Assembly (NCBI GenBank): GCA_051047955.1
Contig: JBPGPT010000034.1
Coordinates: forward strand, 124,001-167,068
DNA length: 43,068 nucleotides
Direction of reading: 5' to 3'
Origin: Cystobasidiomycetes sp. EMM_F5
Taxonomy: Eukaryota
The notes under the pieces were generated by a model that saw only the letters and a program-made list of their open reading frames with translations, was not told the origin of the DNA and did no database searches. Positions 35,902 to 43,068 of this stretch are shown here, in pieces. The translations under genes and the position numbers were made by a program. Positions within the stretch are counted from its first letter, which is position 1. Every line of letters begins with the position of its first letter.

Positions 35902-38900
35902 TCACCATGATTGACCAGAGTATAGCTGGCTTTGATGCTGCGGTGCTCGACGCTGTTGATGTTCGGGCGATGGGTATGCTTGTACCGGATGGCGCGACGC
36001 TGCAATATGGCTGCTTGCTGAAGTCGGTGACGGCAATGCAGGACTGAAGACAGCCGCATACGGGCTATGAGCGTGGGTTGAGTACTGCGCAGCTTGCGTA
36101 CTGTAGTATGCAGGATAGCCTTGCGGTACATTCCGACCTGCACTCAAGGGTGCCGAAACATGCTGAGTCAGGGGCGAACCGTGGCTGTATAGACGGCCTT
36201 TGCTGTGGCTGGCAGATGACCCGCTCGTGAAGCCATGAGAAGCGGTACCGTATGCTGCATACGCTGGCACATACTGCCCGTTACCATAATCGCTAGGTGT
36301 TTGCATCCACACTGTACTGCTGCCAGGTATGTATGTATGGCCATTTCGAGCGCTATGCAAAAGCCGAGCATCAGCAATACAGAAGCTTGCACGCAGTGAT
36401 ATAATCGGACTCACTCGCCGTGAGTGATTGCGACTGGCACTTGCGCATATCCCGCAGGTACAGTGCCAGCAGCTACAGCGTAGCCAGACGTACCGTATGA
36501 ATGAGCAGCCGCGTATTGCGTGTAGGCAGCATGGGCATGAGCGTGAGCTGGCGTTACGTAAGCTGATGTTGCCGCAGGGTACGGCAAAGATGCTGTTACT
36601 GTGTACGGAGATGGTATGGGATCGGGGTATGCTGATGAAATTCCAAACGAACCCTGCCGCGATGATCCGGAAGCAGAGCTTGGGCCGTGGGCAGCCGAAT
36701 AGTAGTTTGCGCTGGCGTTGGCACGTTGCCTGTCTGCATGTTGTAGGCTTGAAGGCGTTCTCTGATGTCCGAGGGCACTAGCCGTGTCTCTGCCTTCACT
36801 ACCGGCAACATCGCTGTCGGCAATCAACAGCTCCTGCGCTGAAGACGGAATCACAAAATCATCACCCATGCCATCTATCGAATTCTTGCGGGTTTCATCG
36901 CGACTCTTCTGACCTGCCGCTGCCGCTGCCGCTGCCGTCTCCTCGGTAGGCTTCGACCATACCGATAGGCTCGGGTCTAGACCTGCCATCGAAAGGGCTG
37001 AGGACAAACCGACATTGGACCGTCCGCCAGCAATCCACGGAGACGCAGTGCGGTATTCGAGTGACGAAGGCGAGTCGAACAAGGATCCGACAGTCAACGG
37101 GACCTGCAGATCTCCACCATTAGCACAACGGAAGACACGAGAGAAGCTTCCACTACAAGACTCACTGATCCGACTGTAGCATTTAGACGTTCAAGCTCAT
37201 CCGTTACGTGTTTCGGTAAGTCTTCCTTGCGCATCGTTGCGAATGGTGGCTTCGGTGCCGTTTGGCCATTGTCCTTCAGCTCAGATATCGCTTGCACGTT
37301 CTTGGGATACTTGGCCAGAAGAGACGGTAATACTTGTGAGTTGGTCACAACGGGAGGTATGGGTGATGCACGGCTTGCTTGGTAATTGAGCGCGCGAGCG
37401 ATCTCATCTTCTACTGCTGCGGCGGCCACTTGTCTTATCTGTCCAATTGCAAACGCGCTGCCGTCGCCCTGCAGGCCTGCTTGTGAGGTTTCCACCGCAT
37501 TTGCGCTATCGCTTAGCTCGCTATTCACCATGAAGGTGTGAATCGAATCGCCATTCGCGACAGGAGCTATTGAGGGCTGTCGCCGCCTGAATACGACCGT
37601 GGAGTTTTCTGGCAACTTGGGCCCATACGTCTTGAACCTGCCGAGCTCTGGAGATGTGATTGGCTGACTGGCTAGAGAGTCGGTAGGAGCACCGACACTT
37701 CTAGGCAATGCAACTCGAATGACCTCCGGTTCATCTTCAAATGCATCAAAGGACACCGTCATATTCATGTCGTCGATATCAAACGGACTGTCCGAGGCGG
37801 CAAAATCCTCGAGTGCCAACGCTTCCAGAGCGACCATAGTCTCGGAAACAGGCGGAGCTGGGGCAACGTCTTCACCGACACGGCGCCAATTATTCTCGAA
37901 GATGCGACCTCCTGCGAACTTACTGCCCATCTTGACTGCGCTTGAAGTTGGCTCACTTTGTCGTTCTGTCTCGAGCTCCGGCTCGGGTGGGGCGGAGGGC
38001 AGATGAAGTTTGGATACTTTGATGACTATCCTATCTGCAGGATCGGCTCTGCCATGGAGGTATTCGTCGACAGTCATGGATTTTGGGAGTCGCATATCTT
38101 TTGGTTTGTACCACGTTGAGATTGTGACTTCACCAGGAATGCGGATGTGCTCAAAGTCAGCTAGACGGCGCGTATGCACCGCGGGCAACGTCTTTCGAGG
38201 TAAAGACAATTTAAATGCAAACGTCTTCCAAGGTCGAGGACTTAGTGGCCGCTCCAGTGCTGTACTGTCGAAGATCTCGGGAACGTAGGCCACAATGGGC
38301 TCATTCCTAGCGACATTGTATCTCAATCTACCATTGTGCAGTGAAGCTTCGCCCAGAGCTTGCGAGATTCTCTCTAGAGCCCCGTCAAGCTGCCTTGGTG
38401 GCGGTCGCTGCTGCTCTTCCAGACGTTTAGCTTCCATGTCGTTCTGCGCAGCCCTCACTTGTTGCATAATCTTGTTGATCCCGCTCAATTCGTTCGTCAT
38501 TGTGGGCGCTCGCGCTGCCTTGTCGCTCTCCTTCTTTGCCATTGGTGCGGGCACAAGGATGGTAGCTTTCGGGAAGGCATGCTGAAGGAGACTGTCCGCG
38601 ATGTCGGCTGCAGAACTAGTCGCAGGTGGTGTAGATTTGCCAAGCTTGACAAATGGTTGCGGCAGCAGAACAGGTTCTGAAATGTCTACAACAGAGCCAT
38701 GCCGGTGGTCGGACCCATTGACAAGCGCACCAGTGCTTCTTGATGGCGACATCTGGGGCACGACAAGAGGCGCGTGAGATCCTGTTATGGGTCTCGCTAC
38801 GTCGTGTTCGATTGGGGGCGATGGTCGGGCAGACTCTGGGGAAGCAGTCGTCGACTTCTTTAAAAAGCCGTCAATTAGCGCTGCGAAAGAAGCAGTTGAC

Positions 38901-41900
38901 GGTGCTTTTCTCGCATGCTGCGTTTGGCCATTAGACTCGACATTGTTCGACTTTGAAGGCATGGCTGTGGCAACTGTTTCGTCCGGTTTGACCAGACGAG
39001 CACCTGCATCTCTTTGAGACTGCCGACGTACAGGCTGTAACAGGGTACGTGGTTGAGCCTGATTTGTACTCTGTTCGGCCGCCAAAGGCTGTGATACGCT
39101 TGTTCTCCTCCACGAAGCCGCTCTGTCCGTCCTGCTCGACAGAGGCGGGGAAAGAATCTTTGTAGGCGACACAGCAGCCGGATTAACAACGGCATCAGCC
39201 TTTGCTTTCGCGGCTTCCTCCAGCTCTTGTGCTTTCCTCTTTGCCCGCTCTACCCGCGCTTCTCGCTCAGCTTCCTCTTCAAGTCTTCGTTTTCTTGCAC
39301 GATCAGCATTCTCTTGCATTTGCGCCTTGTATGCGGCTTCTACGTCTTCAGCAGGTTGCGTCGGCGCTGGCGGGCCTACAGCTGCAGGTGTCACGGACTG
39401 CTGAGACGCAACAGTCTGGCTGACAGTCGGTGACGCTTGATCATTGGCAGAGCGGTGTATAACTGAAGCTGAAGTAACAGTCGGAATCTCTGCATTTGTA
39501 TGAGATCCGGGTAACTGAGGAAACAGCTGTGGCTGCGTGAAAGGTGTCGCTTTCGTAATCGGCGGCAGCTTAGCCCATGCACTTTCCACCTTTTTCGGCT
39601 GAGTCGTTGTTGGCGGCGTTGCAGCTTGTGCAGATGGCTTCCTCTGATCCGCCGGCACTTTGGGCGGTGGCGCTTGCCTGTCTTTATTTTTTCCATTTTG
39701 CCCTGTCATTTGTGCAGTATTGCCCGTAGATGCTACTGATGATCCGCGTTGCGTTTTCGGATTGATGCCATCTGGCAGCGATTTCCCAAGTGGACGTTGC
39801 AAGACAGCAGCGGGTGGTGATTTAAGATCCTTCTTACCTGCTGTTTGCGGTTGTCTGCCTGCATACGGTTCAAACCTTCCTAATCTATCATTGAACAATG
39901 TCCGTCCAGATTGAGCTTCCCTCGCTGCAGCCGGAGACGACAGAGCTTCGCCATTCGGAGTCGCACCGGACAGAGCCGCTCGTGCTTTCCGATCATAATC
40001 GTCAATGAATCTCTCGCTCTTCCGGACCTGCTCGTCGACCGTAGCAATGTCATGCTCCTGTTGTAGCGGACCTGTCCTCTGGGCGCCAGAAACTTCTGCT
40101 GCCACCGTCTCTTCATACGCTTTATGTAGACGAGCAGCTTCGAGCGACGCCAATTCAGCTTGTGCAAAGGCTGCACTTTCGGCGGCCGTAGGTTCTGGCA
40201 ACTGGTCCACTTCGTATCGCGTTCCATCTGCAAATTCGAGGATATCACCGAGATCATCGTCGTCGTCCTATACAGGATTGTATGAGTGACAAGGGACTTT
40301 GAGCACTACATCCCAACAGACATACCATTTCGTCCCAGTGAGGAGCGTTTGGGTTGTCGTGTATACCCGAGAAGCCTTTGAGACCTTCGAGGACACGCTG
40401 ATTGTACGCAGCATGCGCTTCCGAGGCAATCTCCTCTGCCTTTTGTTTAGCCACCATGGCAATCCTTCTCTGCTGTTCAGCTGAAGCACCGTACCGACTT
40501 CAATTTTCCAGACTGCATATCAAAAGAGTGAAGATGGAACAACTCACCTCTTGCAGTCTCGCCAAACGTCGGAAACTCATTCTCGAGTGATCTTGCTCCT
40601 CCTCTCCCGCTCCCTCCCTGTTGACCGGCAGCTGTCCACACAAAGTGATTCTGGTTGTGCGGACCCCTTCCCTGGACCATCTGCATTCCCCCTCTTCCTC
40701 TCCCTGGCACTGGCAGCTGCGCTCCGCGCGGGGGAGGGGGAGGAATCACTTCTCTCGCTGCACTGCTGTTCTCACCGACATCCACAGAAGGAGCAGGGAC
40801 GAATGACGATCTCCCAAAGAAGGATCCCGATGCTCCTGCTCCTGCTCCTGCTGCTCCTCCTCCTGCAGAAGTCATATTTCCAGGCCTTCCCCATGTCGGT
40901 GCACCTGGTCCACCAGATCCAGGCAAGCCTGATCCGCCCAGTGTCGACAACTTACCAGTCAAAAGACGGGGAACGGATGATGACGACGAGGGTGTTGTTC
41001 CTGATGGTGCGGTTGCGGAAGGATGTGCCAAGACTGGCGAGGCATTCAGAGTCGGGGGAAACGGGCTCGAGGGAGATGTACCGCCTGGAGAACGGGCTGC
41101 GAGCAAGTAACAGGTAAGCTTAGCGTCACTTTATGCCGTACACCTTGGATTCTATTTCAAACTTGCCAGACGACAGTCCGGCAACTCCTCCCAACTTGGA
41201 AAAGGAAGGGGTAGCGAGTGAGGGAGATTTCCCGTCTGCATTCGCACCCGCACTCGCCCCGGACCTGAGGATGATTGCCCAGTCAGCGACAGACTCGTCA
41301 GACCCTCTCGTCTGCAGCGTATGATGGACGCACTTTTCCAAAAATTTCTTATTCATGCTCAGGCTGCTCGTAAACTTCTTTGCTGCTATCGGAGGCCTAG
41401 CTGCGGCGGAGGAGAGCATACTCGGCGATGCGTTTGCGGAGGATGTTGAAGTGCCTGTGGCTTCGTCTGGTCCACTCTGCTGGTCGTGTTGGGCTTTTGC
41501 CAGACCATCCTTTGCAGGGCTCTGTGATTGGAATGCGTCCTCATTGTCGGTGTCTGCGGTGGTGGATGCTACTGGCTGTACTGGAGATGCACTTGTCTGC
41601 TCTGCCAAACTTGACGTGCTGTCTGTCGGACGGGCAGAGTATATCACGGGATGGCTGTCGTCCTCTTGCGCCTGCACGATATTTGGAGTGCTCGCTGGCA
41701 ACTCTGCACCGTCACTCTCCTCCCCCTCCTGCACGTCTGCCGACACGACGACACTCCCGTCGTCTGTCTTTGCCGTAATGACCTGTCGCCCATCGTCCGC
41801 ATCGACCACCTGCCCCACAACTGCGTTGAAGGGAGTGGTGTGCTGTGGGTTGTCGAGTGCTATCTTGTGAGTTGTCGTGTTCCCTCCGCCGTTTATTGTC

Positions 41901-41989
41901 GATATCTTGTTATCCTCAGTCTCCCCCTCCCCCGTCAGCTCGACGTCGGGGCTGCTGAGCTCTGGCTGATGGTCGACATGTGTGCTCAT
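35902..41989 (-). CDS. Large disordered BAT2/PRRC2-like protein, multi-exon
   Basis: Short conserved-looking islands KKFTSSLSMNKKFL, ENEFPTFGE and HWDEM|..DDDDLGDILEFADGT; RGG repeats; a charged coiled coil (RARKRRLEEEAEREARVERAKRKA); a Y/Q/P-rich C-terminus. The gene is well supported but the family call is an inference. Confidence 0.6.
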
Positions 41990-42423
41990 TTACGTGTGCA
42001 GGCAGTGGGGGGGAGCAGTGTGGGCCAGTTGGGGGTGTATGAATGAATGGTAGACTGTGTCAAGATCATCAAGGATTACAATATCATCTTCATATTCAAC
42101 CACTCCATTTACATCAGACTGCTACAACCACTACAACGCACTCTCTCCCAAATGTAGACTGTGCACAATTCTGCAGTCGACGTGGGCGTATTAGCGACAA
42201 GTGCAGACTCAAATGGCCAGTCGGGTAGTCACTCTCAGACCAGAGCATAATAAAATACGGAGAGACTGCTGGGTGGTGTAGTGGTATTGCACGGCGTAAC
42301 TGTGCGTACAGTCTGCCTGCCACCACCAGCTGTCTGCGATCCTGGCTCGAGATCTGGTGAGAGGGAAAGGTTGAATCTTGAATACGAATAGTTGGACTTT
42401 TTGCCTCTTCGTTCTGATATTTC

Positions 42424-42970
42424 ATGTCGAGGGAACACCCGCACCACGGCAGACTGCACGCTGCGGCTCACTCGATACACCACCACATACACCACCACCA
42501 CCCCGCTCAGGCTCAGGCTCCTCCCCGGACGAGGTGGGTGTATGCATATCGAGTGTATATCACTGCTCATGAACATATGTGCACGTTGTGTCATGAACAT
42601 ACATGCACATGCTGTCACTCCGCTCTAATCACAGCGACACACGCAACTATGCCCGCTCACTCTCGCTCGCCTCGCCCGCACTCCGTCCAACCCCAGAGAA
42701 CGATCCAAGCCTCGCAGACGGTATCGCTCTCGCAGACGATATAGACCTCTTCAACCTCGACGAGGATGACTTTAGGCTGGACGGGGATGGCGATGGCGAT
42801 GGTGACGGTGACGGACGAGTGACGTATGACGATGAAGACAATGTGCGAGATTCAGACGACGACGACAACGATGATGACATGCACGACTGGCCAGAGGGTC
42901 AAAGCGCTCTGGCAGACGAAGCGGTGCATTTGCAAGGTGTACCGAGATCAGACACTCGGCTCCCAGCAAA
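42424..42970 (+). CDS. 5' part of an unidentified gene (His-rich N-terminus, acidic DG-repeat tract); intron 42534-42634; truncated by the window end
   Basis: An ATG exon MSREHPHHG...HHHIHHHHP splices in phase to DTRNYARSLSL...DTRLPAK. The next donor GTGCGT is at 42971. Confidence 0.65.
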
Positions 42971-43014
42971 GTGCGTGGTGTGGCAGATAGGGGGTTTACT
43001 CTGACTGATTTCCT

Positions 43015-43016
<2 letters not shown>

Positions 43017-43066
<50 letters not shown>

Positions 43067-43068
43067 TC
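43017..43068 (+). repeat. (TTTC)n microsatellite, 13 copies, running to the window end
   Basis: Perfect tetranucleotide repeat seen directly. Confidence 0.98.

Noticed and set aside
40831..40865. GCTCCT-type and other short tandem repeats (also the AAC run near 22940)
   Set aside because: They are simple coding (Gly-Ala) or UTR microsatellites without spacers, so they are not CRISPR-like or element termini.
8429..41333. Apparent excess of stop-free 3n introns (8429-8479, 13139-13186, 14102-14158, 18362-18424, 21065-21130, 41265-41333)
   Set aside because: With several dozen short, fairly GC-rich introns in the window, a handful is expected by chance. They mainly mean the ORF-track translations include intron-derived residues.

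Overview
Gene-dense, intron-rich fungal chromosomal segment, most likely a basidiomycete yeast (inferred from the short GT-AG introns with CTRAY branch sites and from the gene families). I reconstructed about 19 spliced genes by hand: a MARVEL membrane protein, a LACTB2-like metallo-beta-lactamase-fold protein, dynactin p24/DCTN3, NPR2, a conserved fungal hypothetical, CHMP7/Chm7, a Zip3/RNF212-like RING protein, two orphan genes, a tandem pair of ABM-like barrel proteins, PA2G4/Ebp1, a Caf120/Skg3-like PH protein, a secreted PriA/Cpl1-like protein, MAD2, the MAPKKK BCK1, a GIGYF/Smy2-like GYF protein, a BAT2/PRRC2-like protein and a truncated gene that runs into a (TTTC)n microsatellite. I found no mobile element, CRISPR array, rRNA or tRNA. 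The window is mostly housekeeping and I cannot support a clearly new multi-gene system. The best leads are the adjacent GIGYF-like and PRRC2-like genes with eIF4E-binding and PPG motifs, a minimal Kex2-processable Cpl1-like peptide, the ABM paralog pair, two orphans, a GC-AG intron in MAD2 and a shared CGCGTAAA motif in short bidirectional promoters. All family calls come from motif recognition, not database searches.
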